A stretch of DNA of 63,952 bases from an uncultured Chitinophaga sp. (lineage in GTDB: Bacteria > Bacteroidota > Bacteroidia > 2-12-FULL-35-15), in assembly GCA_964456225.1 (NCBI GenBank), contig CAYWAV010000010.1, forward strand, positions 1 through 63,952. Direction: 5' to 3'. Position 1 is the stretch's first letter. The number at the start of each line of letters is the position of its first letter. Shown here piece by piece: positions 1 to 8,325 of the stretch. A program made the position numbers and the translations under genes. The notes beneath the pieces were generated by a model. It was not told where the DNA came from. It saw only the letters and a program-made list of their open reading frames with translations, and searched no databases.

Positions 1-1058
1 CCTACGTACTTCAAATGTACCACATGTGATTTTACAGCGCTCAATACCGTTGGGAACTCCAAATACGTTACTCCAAACTGTTCACATGTCTCACGCACTA
101 ATTCGCTAATCTTCGGATAATGAATATGACTGATACGAGGAAACAAATGATGTTCTACCTGAAAGTTTAATCCACCGGTGAACCAAGAAACGATTTTACT
201 TTTTGTTGCGAAGTTGGCTGTGGTTTGAATTTGGTGTACCGCCCACTCTGCTTCTATCTTATGATTTGTGGATGTTGGCATTTCAAATGCTGCATCTTCA
301 ACAATGTGTGCCAATTGGAATACCACTGCAATTACAAATCCGCATACAAATGCGATAACGGAATAACCGATAATTAATTCCAACCAACCAACAGTAAATA
401 TTGGAACAACAATAAATGCTCCGATATACATCAGTTTGCTCACCCAAAAAATAACATGCTCTTTCGCATCCATTTTACGGAAAGGCAAATCACCGATTTT
501 ACCAGTAAAGTATTTTTGAAAGTCCTGGAAGAAAATCCAAAGCAGATACGTTACCCCATACAATACAACCCAATAAACATGCTGAAAACGGTGAAACCAA
601 TGTTTCTTCTGATCTTCGTGCACACGAATCCAGGGTTTGATATCAATATCATCGTCCATTCCTTCAATGTTTGTAAATGAATGGTGATTTACATTGTGCT
701 TGTATTTCCACAGATAAACGCTTCCTCCCATTACATTCAAGGAATAACCCATCAATTCGTTTACCCATGTTTTGGTTGAAAAACTACCATGAGCTCCATC
801 GTGCATCACGTTAAAACCTATTCCTGCAAGATTAATTCCCAACAAAATACATAGACCTAATGAAATCCACACATTTGGGGTGAAAAATACAAGAATGGTA
901 TATAACGCAATGAGTGAAAGAGAAAGTAAAGCGGTTTTTACATATAATTTGTAATTACCAGTTTCCTTGATATTGTTGGATTTGAAGTAAGTATCTACTT
1001 TTCCTTTAAGCGTATTAAAAAAATCGCTGTTCTTATTATTAAAACTAACTTTTTGCAT
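1..1058 (-). CDS. Membrane acyl-CoA/fatty acid desaturase (3' end runs off the window)
   Basis: Missing from the ORF track. Manual translation from ATG at 1058 (MQKVSFNNKNSDFF...) is open to base 1 and carries three His boxes: HDGAH, HNVNHH, QVEHHLFP. Confidence 0.93.
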   Translation of the reverse strand, partial: MQKVSFNNKNSDFFNTLKGKVDTYFKSNNIKETGNYKLYVKTALLSLSLIALYTILVFFTPNVWISLGLCILLGINLAGIGFNVMHDGAHGSFSTKTWVNELMGYSLNVMGGSVYLWKYKHNVNHHSFTNIEGMDDDIDIKPWIRVHEDQKKHWFHRFQHVYWVVLYGVTYLLWIFFQDFQKYFTGKIGDLPFRKMDAKEHVIFWVSKLMYIGAFIVVPIFTVGWLELIIGYSVIAFVCGFVIAVVFQLAHIVEDAAFEMPTSTNHKIEAEWAVHQIQTTANFATKSKIVSWFTGGLNFQVEHHLFPRISHIHYPKISELVRETCEQFGVTYLEFPTVLSAVKSHVVHLKYV

Positions 1059-1143
1059 TCTTTTTGAATTAAGAGATTCGTACAAAGATAATCATTAAAC
1101 TACTTGATAATCTGTTAAATAATCAAAAATGACCTGTTGAAAA

Positions 1144-1626
1144 CTACTTGATTTTAGCCTTCAGCGACCAGGTGAAAATAAATTCAGCAACCGTATCTCC
1201 ATGTTCGTCTACACCAATTGATTTTAAGTCGGTAGTTACGCCTTCTCCTCCTTGTTTCACTTTAGCAATCAATTCAGTGATGTGATTTCCGTCATTGCAA
1301 GTAAAAGTAATTTTTCCGATGGCTTTTTTGAAATAAGTTGCTTTGTTTTGAACGATTAACATAGAAACTGCTGGAGTAGAATTATAAATCGAATTCATCA
1401 CTAACAATCCTGTGCTCATTTCGGCAGCCATAGCCTGACAAGCAAAGTATATGGAGTGAAATGGATTTTGTGTTAACCAACCAAATTTCACTGTTGTGAT
1501 TGCTTTTGAGTCGGACAATTCTTTTACACGCACTCCAGCTATATACGCCATAGGCAAACTCTTCAACAAATAAATGCGGAATAGGAAGGAGTTGTTTACG
1601 AGCTTTTGAAATTTTGTTTGTGGCAT
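1144..1626 (-). CDS. DUF4442 / PaaI-YiiD-like hotdog-fold thioesterase-family protein
   Basis: 160 aa; NPFHSIYFACQAMAAEMSTG and FKKAIGKITFTC segments typical of this family. Confidence 0.75.
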   Translation of the reverse strand: MPQTKFQKLVNNSFLFRIYLLKSLPMAYIAGVRVKELSDSKAITTVKFGWLTQNPFHSIYFACQAMAAEMSTGLLVMNSIYNSTPAVSMLIVQNKATYFKKAIGKITFTCNDGNHITELIAKVKQGGEGVTTDLKSIGVDEHGDTVAEFIFTWSLKAKIK

Positions 1627-1650
1627 TTTATTTCAAATTATTATTATTAA

Positions 1651-1820
1651 CGTCATTGCGCCTGTCCCGATTCTTTCGGGAAGGCACCCCGAGTATCGGG
1701 TGATGTGGCAATCCCTGCTTATTAGTGTCTCTATTCTTCAATAGGCAGATCCCGTGTCGTGGCACGGGATGACAGTTCTAATAATCCTTTCGAGCCGTCA
1801 TACTGAGCGGAGTCGAAGTA
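1651..1820. repeat. Composite cluster of GTCA/CGTC-tagged REP-like palindromes with nested hairpins
   Basis: cgtcattgcg...gtggcaatc (1651-1713) contains hairpins tcccga-ttctt-tcggga and cccga-gta-tcggg. Followed by agatcccgtgtcgtggcacgggatgac (1747-1773) and gtcatactgagcggagtcgaagta (1797-1820). Confidence 0.85.
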
Positions 1821-1824
1821 TACT

Positions 1825-2721
1825 TTACAGTGGAAACGTACTTCCAGACAACTCCATCGCAGCATTAAAAGCACTTTCATCAATGCCCGTTTTAATATTG
1901 TTCTTCTTGAAATACTGAAGTAGATTTTCAGTTGGCATATTGCCTGTTAATTTATCTGTCGCCATCGGACAACCACCATGGCCTTTTATGGCACTATCAA
2001 ATCGTTTGCAGCCAGCAGCATAAGCAGCCTGTACTTTTTCTTCCCAAGTAGTTGGAGTGGTATGCAAATGTGCTCCTATTTCTACTCCGGGAAATTCAGG
2101 AATTAATTTTGAAAACAGTGTTTTGATATTTTCAGGATTTGAAACACCAATAGTATCACTTAATGCGATGATTTTAATTCCCATTTGCGCCAAACGTTTT
2201 GTCCAGTTAATTGCAACATCACTGCTCCACTCGTCTCCGTAAGGATTACCGAAAGCCATTGAAATATAGACAACCAACTCTTTTTTATTTCTTACACATA
2301 AATCTTGTATCTCCTCAACTCTAGTAATTGATTCTGAAATAGAAGAATTAGTATTTCTTTGCTGAAATGTTTCGGAAATAGAAAATGGAAATCCTAAATA
2401 GGATATTTCTTCAAACTCTACTGCATCCTCTGCTCCTCTTACATTTGCAACAATGGCTAATAATTTTGAATTAGTATTTGATAATTCTAATTGATCCAAA
2501 ACCTGAGCTGTGTCTCGCATTTGCGGAATGGCTTTGGGAGAAACAAAACTTCCAAAATCAACGGTATCAAAACCACATTTCAAAATGGAATTGATATATG
2601 CGACTTTTTTTTCTGTTGAAATAAAATCGTGGATGCCTTGCATCGCGTCTCGCGGACACTCTACTAGACGGATGTCAGATGACCGATGACGGATGCTAGA
2701 TTGTTGTTGAATAATTGACAT
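1825..2721 (-). CDS. Hydroxymethylglutaryl-CoA lyase
   Basis: ECPRDAMQG, HLH and GGCP motifs of HMG-CoA lyase. ATG at 2721 preferred over TTG at 2727. The N-terminal extension is encoded by a heptamer repeat. Confidence 0.92.
   Translation of the reverse strand: MSIIQQQSSIRHRSSDIRLVECPRDAMQGIHDFISTEKKVAYINSILKCGFDTVDFGSFVSPKAIPQMRDTAQVLDQLELSNTNSKLLAIVANVRGAEDAVEFEEISYLGFPFSISETFQQRNTNSSISESITRVEEIQDLCVRNKKELVVYISMAFGNPYGDEWSSDVAINWTKRLAQMGIKIIALSDTIGVSNPENIKTLFSKLIPEFPGVEIGAHLHTTPTTWEEKVQAAYAAGCKRFDSAIKGHGGCPMATDKLTGNMPTENLLQYFKKNNIKTGIDESAFNAAMELSGSTFPL
2667..2699. repeat. Heptamer-period array (GATG every 7 bp), left arm of the inverted pair flanking the four-helix-bundle gene
   Basis: GATG at 2671, 2678, 2685, 2692 (gatgtca gatgacc gatgacg gatgcta). 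Confidence 0.85.
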
Positions 2722-2733
2722 AAACAAACAAAT

Positions 2734-3098
2734 TTAATTTATAGATTTTAGTAATGCTTGAAGTTTTGCAAATAATTTAGCTCCAAGTAATTCGAATTGT
2801 TCACATATTGGTTCAGAAGAACTCAACTATTTTCTTCTCTTTATGATTATGTAGCAAGCGTAAACTTCAATATAAGAACGTATAGCAATTCTTAAAAACC
2901 TAGCAAATTCAGCATCAGAAGAACTTGTTGACCCTTCTGCAATGTTTAATGAAACCGAGGTGCCTGCTCTTTTAATTTGACTTGATAAATTATACAACTC
3001 GTGTGGAGGCAAAAACCAGCTATATCATAAACATGGTCGCTAAGCTCTAAAGACAACTTCCAAACTTCTAATCTCTCAAATTTATATTCTTGCGCCAT
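2734..3098 (-). pseudogene. Four helix bundle protein (TIGR02436 / 23S rRNA IVP-like) pseudogene
   Basis: ATG 3098 gives MAQEYKFERLEVWKLSLELSDHVYDIAGF, then a one-base deletion in the T run near 3011-3015, then LPPHELYNLSSQIKRAGTSVSLNIAEGS...FARFLRIAIRSYIEV. In-frame TAG at 2827-2829; the frame continues LSSSEPICEQFELLGAKLFAKLQALLKSIN to TAA at 2734. Confidence 0.88.
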
Positions 3099-3125
3099 AA
3101 AGTTTATTAATTAAATTCTACACAA

Positions 3126-3145
3126 AGCATCCGTCATCAGTCTTC
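3126..3145. repeat. Heptamer-period array, right arm (inverted copy of 2678-2697)
   Basis: agcatccgtcatcagtcttc. Its reverse complement gaagactgatgacggatgct matches gatgaccgatgacggatgct at 18/20 positions. Overlaps the pyrD stop codon. Confidence 0.8.
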
Positions 3146-4168
3146 CAGCAATGCTTTGCAGATCTTTTTCGCTATTCCAGGCCCTTCGTATATAAAACCT
3201 GTATACACTTGAACCAAACTTGCTCCTGCTTTTAACATTTCAATTGCATCTTTTCCAGTATGAATTCCTCCTACTCCAATTATAGGAAATGCTTTGTTTG
3301 AATTATCACTTAAGTATTTTACAACTTCTACAGAACGCTTTGTTAAAGGTTTTCCACTTAATCCTCCCGCTCCATAAGTCTGGAGTTGGGAGTCTGGAGT
3401 TTGGAGACCTTCTCTTGAAATGGTTGTATTTGTTGCAATCACTCCATCAATTTTGGTTTCTTTTACAATAACAATTATATCATCCAGTTGTTCGTTGGTA
3501 AGGTCTGGAGCAATTTTTAAAAGAATCGCTTTTGGATTTTTCTTTTGAGCATTTAATTCCTTCACTCGCATCAACAATTTTGTCAAAGGTTCTTTATCCT
3601 GCAAAGCTCGTAATCCGGGAGTATTGGGCGAACTCACATTCACTACAAAATAATCTACATAATCGAAAAGTGCTTCAAAACATTTTTCATAATCACTTAC
3701 CGCATCTTCATTTGGTGTTAATTTATTCTTTCCAATGTTTCCACCGATAATAATATTCGTTTTTCTGGCTTTCAATCTTACAACTGCCGCTTCTGCTCCG
3801 CCATTGTTAAATCCCATACGGTTTATTAATCCTTCATCTTCGGGCAAACGAAACATGCGGGGTTTGTCGTTTCCCGATTGTGCTTTGGGAGTTAATGTTC
3901 CAATCTCAATAAATCCAAATCCATAATAACCCAACTCATCATACAACTTCGCATCTTTATCAAATCCTGCTGCTAATCCAACGGGGTTAGGAAATGTTAA
4001 TCCGAACAACTTTCGTTCTAATCGTTTATCATTAACCGAATAAATACTTTTTATTAAGGATGGAACTCCCGGGATAGAACAAAGGATTTTAATCGCTTTG
4101 AAAACAAGATGATGAATGTTTTCAGGCTCCCAAAGGAAGAAAATTGGCTTGATTATGCTTTTATACAT
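3137..4168 (-). CDS. pyrD: Quinone-dependent dihydroorotate dehydrogenase (class 2)
   Basis: [37 protein letters not shown] and GVGGI motifs. Confidence 0.97.
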   Translation of the reverse strand: MYKSIIKPIFFLWEPENIHHLVFKAIKILCSIPGVPSLIKSIYSVNDKRLERKLFGLTFPNPVGLAAGFDKDAKLYDELGYYGFGFIEIGTLTPKAQSGNDKPRMFRLPEDEGLINRMGFNNGGAEAAVVRLKARKTNIIIGGNIGKNKLTPNEDAVSDYEKCFEALFDYVDYFVVNVSSPNTPGLRALQDKEPLTKLLMRVKELNAQKKNPKAILLKIAPDLTNEQLDDIIVIVKETKIDGVIATNTTISREGLQTPDSQLQTYGAGGLSGKPLTKRSVEVVKYLSDNSNKAFPIIGVGGIHTGKDAIEMLKAGASLVQVYTGFIYEGPGIAKKICKALLED

Positions 4169-4197
4169 GAGGCTAAATTACGCTGTAAAATTAACAG

Positions 4198-4242
4198 AAA
4201 AAAGCAAAGGCTTGATAAATTATATCAAGCCTTTGCTTTTTT
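4198..4242 (-). terminator. Intrinsic terminator downstream of the orphan T9SS CTD fragment
   Basis: 17-bp perfect stem aaagcaaaggcttgata/tatcaagcctttgcttt with A and T tracts. Confidence 0.8.
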
Positions 4243-4257
4243 AAATTAAAAATTATT

Positions 4258-4547
4258 TTATTGTTGCTTCAGCATTTTCTTTGTTTCGAAAATTTTGCCA
4301 TCCGCTACAAGTGTGTATGTGTAAATGCCATTTGACAAATCACTAGCAAATACATTCAATTGTCCTTTTCCTCTCTCATTCAAATCAACCGATTGAATTA
4401 ATTTACCTTGTGCATTGTAAAATAAAATTTGAGCTTTACTTATATTGTCTGGTAAAAAATAATTAATAGTTGTTTGTTCAGCAAATGGATTTGGAACGTT
4501 TTGTTCCAAAACAATGGATTGTCCATCTTTTAAATCAACAGTTGTTT
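4258..4547 (-). pseudogene. Orphan T9SS type A C-terminal sorting domain fragment, near-identical to the 3' end of the gene at 61106-63952
   Basis: 4291-4503 is identical to 61139-61351 (213 bp). Homology stops at 4547; in-frame TAA at 4552-4554; no ATG, signal peptide or passenger domain upstream. Confidence 0.85.
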
Positions 4548-4595
4548 TGGATTAAACAAATTGTGTGCGGTTTAAAATCGCTTTTTGTTAATAAT

Positions 4596-4626
4596 AAAAA
4601 AACCGATTCAGTCATTAATCGGTTTT
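4596..4626 (-). terminator. Intrinsic terminator of the TPR gene
   Basis: aaaaccgatt/aatcggtttt stem; T tract on the minus strand. Confidence 0.7.
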
Positions 4627-4645
4627 ACTTTTTTGGCATTCATAT

Positions 4646-5716
4646 TTATTTCTTTTTCTCAGGAGGCGGACCGCAATTTTCGGACAATGATTTTGCTTCT
4701 TCTATTCCTAATGAAGCTGCAATTTTAAAATCTTTGCAATGGCTGAAATCTTTTGAGTCGGCATTGGCCAATCCTCTTTTATAATAAGCTTGTCCATCTT
4801 TCGGTTTTATACGGATAGCTTCTGAATAATCATACATTGCCGAGCGGTAATTTTCCATTCCTTCACAAGCAGTTCCTCTTTGAATATAGGCTTCGTAATA
4901 ATTTGGACTCAATTTAACAACAGCAGAAAAATCACTGAATGCCATTTTCCAGTTGGAAGCAGCATTGTATACTAGTCCGCGTAAATAAAAAAGCTTCACA
5001 GTATCGGGATTAATTTTCAAGGCTTTGTTATAATCCAGAATTGCTTTATCGTATTTTTTTAGCAATACGTTGCACTGAGCACGTTTTATATAAGGTTGAA
5101 TAGAATCGCTATTTAATTGAATAGCTGAGGTATATTCGGCAATAGCTCCGGCATAATCTTTTGCTTCCATTTTAGTGTCTCCGTTAGAAACAAAAGTGCC
5201 GCTCATTGCCGAACAAGCGTTGGAGTTGTAAAGTCCTTTTGCTTTCTCATTTTTCAACCCTTTGGCCTTTCTCAAATCCATGCAACCCTTATCTTTTGAG
5301 CCTTTTGCAATAAGAATAATTCCTCTTTCACAAAATGCTTCTCCATATTTAGGGTCAATTGCTATTGCCTTTTCAAAATCAGCCAAGGCCTCTTCTTGTT
5401 TGCCTATGCCCACAAAGCACATTCCGCGACCATAATAAGGAGTTGCCAAATCGTGGTTATATAGAAAACCGTCAGGCATATCAGAAGTTGATCTTTGGTA
5501 TTCGTTTAAAGTGCCGTATTTTTTAAGTTTATCCAGATAAGTTGCAGTTGCTGGGTCGTTTAAGCGTATTGCATTTGTGTAATCCGTTTCTGCTTCAGCA
5601 AAGTTCCCTGCCGACAATTTAGTATTGGCATTTTGAATAATTACTGACAAACTTTGAGACACCGAAAACAAGGAAATCAATAAAAAAGAAAAAATAAAAG
5701 CCGACTTAATCTTCAT
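4646..5716 (-). CDS. Secreted tetratricopeptide repeat protein
   Basis: Signal peptide; multiple TPR units (AIAIDPKYGEAFCERG, ALKINPDTVKLFYLRG, AIRIKPKDGQAYYKRG). Confidence 0.9.
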   Translation of the reverse strand: MKIKSAFIFSFLLISLFSVSQSLSVIIQNANTKLSAGNFAEAETDYTNAIRLNDPATATYLDKLKKYGTLNEYQRSTSDMPDGFLYNHDLATPYYGRGMCFVGIGKQEEALADFEKAIAIDPKYGEAFCERGIILIAKGSKDKGCMDLRKAKGLKNEKAKGLYNSNACSAMSGTFVSNGDTKMEAKDYAGAIAEYTSAIQLNSDSIQPYIKRAQCNVLLKKYDKAILDYNKALKINPDTVKLFYLRGLVYNAASNWKMAFSDFSAVVKLSPNYYEAYIQRGTACEGMENYRSAMYDYSEAIRIKPKDGQAYYKRGLANADSKDFSHCKDFKIAASLGIEEAKSLSENCGPPPEKKK

Positions 5717-5824
5717 AGGAATATTTGGTTTTTAAAAAATAATTCTCAAATTTAATTGCTAAAGGCCAATTTTAAGGCAAATTATAGATATAATTTCAAC
5801 AAAATCACATTAATTTTAAACAGG

Positions 5825-5851
5825 TGCAACTTTTTTCGACTTTATAGCATC
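5825..5851 (+). promoter_or_regulatory. Possible ECF sigma-type promoter upstream of a T9SS cargo gene
   Basis: TGCAAC-N16-GCATC about 50 bp upstream of ATG 5901; resembles ECF -35/-10 spacing. Inference only. Confidence 0.3.
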
Positions 5852-5900
5852 ACACATAATGAAAAGATAGTATCTTGGTCATTAAAATTAATAGCTTTAT

Positions 5901-7853
5901 ATGAAAAAAATGAATTTTTTTAAAATCGCAGGAATTGCTTCACTCTTATCAGCAAACACCCTTTTTGCACAGGAAGCAGTTCCCAACTACACACACAACA
6001 CACAACATCCGGAAGAAGCAGCGTTTTTAGTTGATTTTGATGAAGCAGCATTAATTGCTGAATTAAAAGCAAAAGGGATACAAGAAATCGAGTTTAGATC
6101 AATTATTCGTCATAAAAAAATAGAGTTTATTAATGCTAAAAAAGGCATTGTTCAAGAAACGAGCACTTTCTTTTCTCAACAACGCAAATCAATGGGGCCA
6201 TGCGATAATGCAGGTTTCGAAGATGGGACATTCTTAAACTGGACAGGCGCAACAGGTCAGTGCGATTTCTTACCAACAACTTGGGCACCAGGCTTTGTAA
6301 CCACTCGTCACACAATCGTTTCTGGAGCAGGGTTTGATGCTTTAGCTATTAACACAGTTACAAGTGTTCCTGAAATCCCATTGATTGCACCGGGTGGACT
6401 AAGCTTTTCTGCTCGTTTAGGTAACGACCAGATTGGCGCTGAAACTGAGTATCTTAGATATCCAATTACAGTTACTGCTGCAAACACATCTTTTACTTAT
6501 CAATATGCTGTTGTTTTAGAAAACCCGACAGGACATACAGCTGCGGAGCAACCTCGTTTTGATATTACGGTCTATGATGCTTCTGGAACTCCAGTTTCTG
6601 GTCCATGTGGTGTATATTCGGTAGAAGGATTAGCTGCTGCCAGCGACACAACTTTCCACCCATTCAATGATTCTTTCGGTTCTTTACAAGGATATTATAA
6701 GAAATGGACTACCGTTAGTATCGATTTAACTCCTTATATTGGAACAACTGTAACTATTCAATTCCAAACAAGTGATTGTACTTTAACCGGACATTTTGGA
6801 TATGCTTATATAGATGCAAGCTGTTCACAATTAGCTGCACAAGTTGCATTTTGTCCAGACGATACTTTATTATTGTTATCCGCTCCAGGTGGATTCAATA
6901 CTTACCAATGGTATGATGCTTCATCCGCAATTATACCGGGAGCAACAAATGATACATTAGCAATTATAAATCCTATTTTAGGGCAAGTTTACAGTGTTAG
7001 TATGCTTTCAGCTTCTGGATGCGGAACTTCATTAACAGTTACTCTTGCTTATTCTGAAATTAGTGTTGGGGCAAATGTGATTAATGCTACCTGCCACGAT
7101 TACACTGACGGATATGCCTATGTCACTCCTGGTGGAGCTATTCCTCCTTTCACATATGTTTGGGTGGATTCTACCACAGGTTTAACGGTTGGCGGTAATA
7201 ACGATAGCTTGGTAGGATTTGCTCCAGGAACGTATTTCATTACCGTTTCCTCTTTAGGGGGTTGCTCTACTACTGATACTTTAACCATTGCAAATCCACC
7301 AAACCCGGGTGATACACTTGGAATTGGAACAGTATTTTGTCCGGGTGACCCAACTATCAACTTGTATGCTCCTGCAGGATATGCTTCTTATGAGTGGTAT
7401 ACAAATCCTGATGGAACAGGCCCTTTACTAGGTACTGGTGATTCATTGTTTTTAGTGAATCCAATAGCAGGAACACAATTTACGGTTGTGATGTATCCAG
7501 TTACTGGTTGTCCTGTTTATTTGACAACTCTACTAAACTACTCTCCACCGCCTTCCTTGCCTGATTATATTGTAAAAACAAACGTATTTACGCCTGATGG
7601 TGACTTTGAGAATCCTACCTTCGATTTCAATAAATTCGCTTTTGTGAAAGAATTCCACATTGAAGTGTATGACCGTTGGGGCAAAAAAGTGTTTGAAACA
7701 AATGACTTAACCGACAAGTGGGATGGAAAAGTAAATGGTAAAGATGCAACAGAAGGAGTTTATTTCTGGTTAGCACACTATACTTCTGCTTGCGTAGTTG
7801 ACGCTCAGCCAATTGAAAACAAAGGGTTTGTTCATTTACTTAGAAAAAATTAA
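5901..7853 (+). CDS. T9SS type B cargo (gliding-motility-associated C-terminal domain) with SprB/Ig-like repeats
   Basis: Signal peptide; C-terminal NVFTPDGD...YDRWG...WDG...GVYFW...KGFVHLLR type B CTD. Confidence 0.9.
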   Translation: MKKMNFFKIAGIASLLSANTLFAQEAVPNYTHNTQHPEEAAFLVDFDEAALIAELKAKGIQEIEFRSIIRHKKIEFINAKKGIVQETSTFFSQQRKSMGPCDNAGFEDGTFLNWTGATGQCDFLPTTWAPGFVTTRHTIVSGAGFDALAINTVTSVPEIPLIAPGGLSFSARLGNDQIGAETEYLRYPITVTAANTSFTYQYAVVLENPTGHTAAEQPRFDITVYDASGTPVSGPCGVYSVEGLAAASDTTFHPFNDSFGSLQGYYKKWTTVSIDLTPYIGTTVTIQFQTSDCTLTGHFGYAYIDASCSQLAAQVAFCPDDTLLLLSAPGGFNTYQWYDASSAIIPGATNDTLAIINPILGQVYSVSMLSASGCGTSLTVTLAYSEISVGANVINATCHDYTDGYAYVTPGGAIPPFTYVWVDSTTGLTVGGNNDSLVGFAPGTYFITVSSLGGCSTTDTLTIANPPNPGDTLGIGTVFCPGDPTINLYAPAGYASYEWYTNPDGTGPLLGTGDSLFLVNPIAGTQFTVVMYPVTGCPVYLTTLLNYSPPPSLPDYIVKTNVFTPDGDFENPTFDFNKFAFVKEFHIEVYDRWGKKVFETNDLTDKWDGKVNGKDATEGVYFWLAHYTSACVVDAQPIENKGFVHLLRKN

Positions 7854-7873
7854 ATCGCTCTAAAATTATAATT

Positions 7874-7904
7874 AAACAGTCACGCACAATGCGTGACTGT
7901 TTTT
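7874..7904 (+). terminator. Intrinsic terminator
   Basis: aaacagtcacgca/tgcgtgactgttt stem followed by a T tract. Confidence 0.8.
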
Positions 7905-7923
7905 GTTTTAATACATTTGTAAT

Positions 7924-8325
7924 ATGAAAAAAATCATTCCTTTATTTTGTGTTCTTATTTCCTTTTCATTTGTGGCTCCAAACAATATATCCAATTGCGC
8001 TGTAAAATACAATGGAATTTATGCTTATAAATTAGACAATGAGCATTCGGCCATCATTCGCTTTTATGAAGACGGAACCGCTTTAGCTTCTACTTCGGTA
8101 AACGATTACATGGATGTGTTTAGTTGGTTTCACAAAGAAAACAAAGACATGGTTTTAATGGGAAGCTATTCCGTAAAAAAATGCGCGATAAAATTTGAAG
8201 TGAAAGGAATGACGGGCGAACAAAAATACAAAGGCAGCGTTTCAGAAAACACCATTGATGTAAAACTTACGGATGCTGCAACTAAAAAAACAGCAAACAG
8301 AATTTATACTTTTTTTGCGCTCTAG
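7924..8325 (+). CDS. Hypothetical exported protein
   Basis: 133-aa ORF with ATG, signal-peptide-like N terminus and natural composition. Confidence 0.75.
   Translation: MKKIIPLFCVLISFSFVAPNNISNCAVKYNGIYAYKLDNEHSAIIRFYEDGTALASTSVNDYMDVFSWFHKENKDMVLMGSYSVKKCAIKFEVKGMTGEQKYKGSVSENTIDVKLTDAATKKTANRIYTFFAL

Noticed and set aside
3005-3020. Programmed frameshift or sequencing error restoring the four-helix gene
   Set aside because: A second independent lesion (in-frame TAG at 2827-2829) is present and the other genes in the window are intact, so real decay is more likely. Read-level confirmation is still needed.
2734-3098. 23S rRNA intervening sequence
   Set aside because: The family name suggests it, but the flanks are protein-coding genes and no rRNA sequence is present.
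4258-4547. Diversity-generating retroelement template/variable repeat pair with 61106-61395 (an Avd-like gene lies 1.2 kb away)
   Set aside because: Mismatches are not confined to adenines of either copy (ttc/att, ctg/gtg), are mostly synonymous, and are absent from the 213-bp core. No reverse transcriptase is in the window.
8322-8325. Overlapping stop codons of convergent genes (also 16841-16844)
   Set aside because: 4-bp CTAG/TTAA overlaps are common in compact AT-rich genomes.
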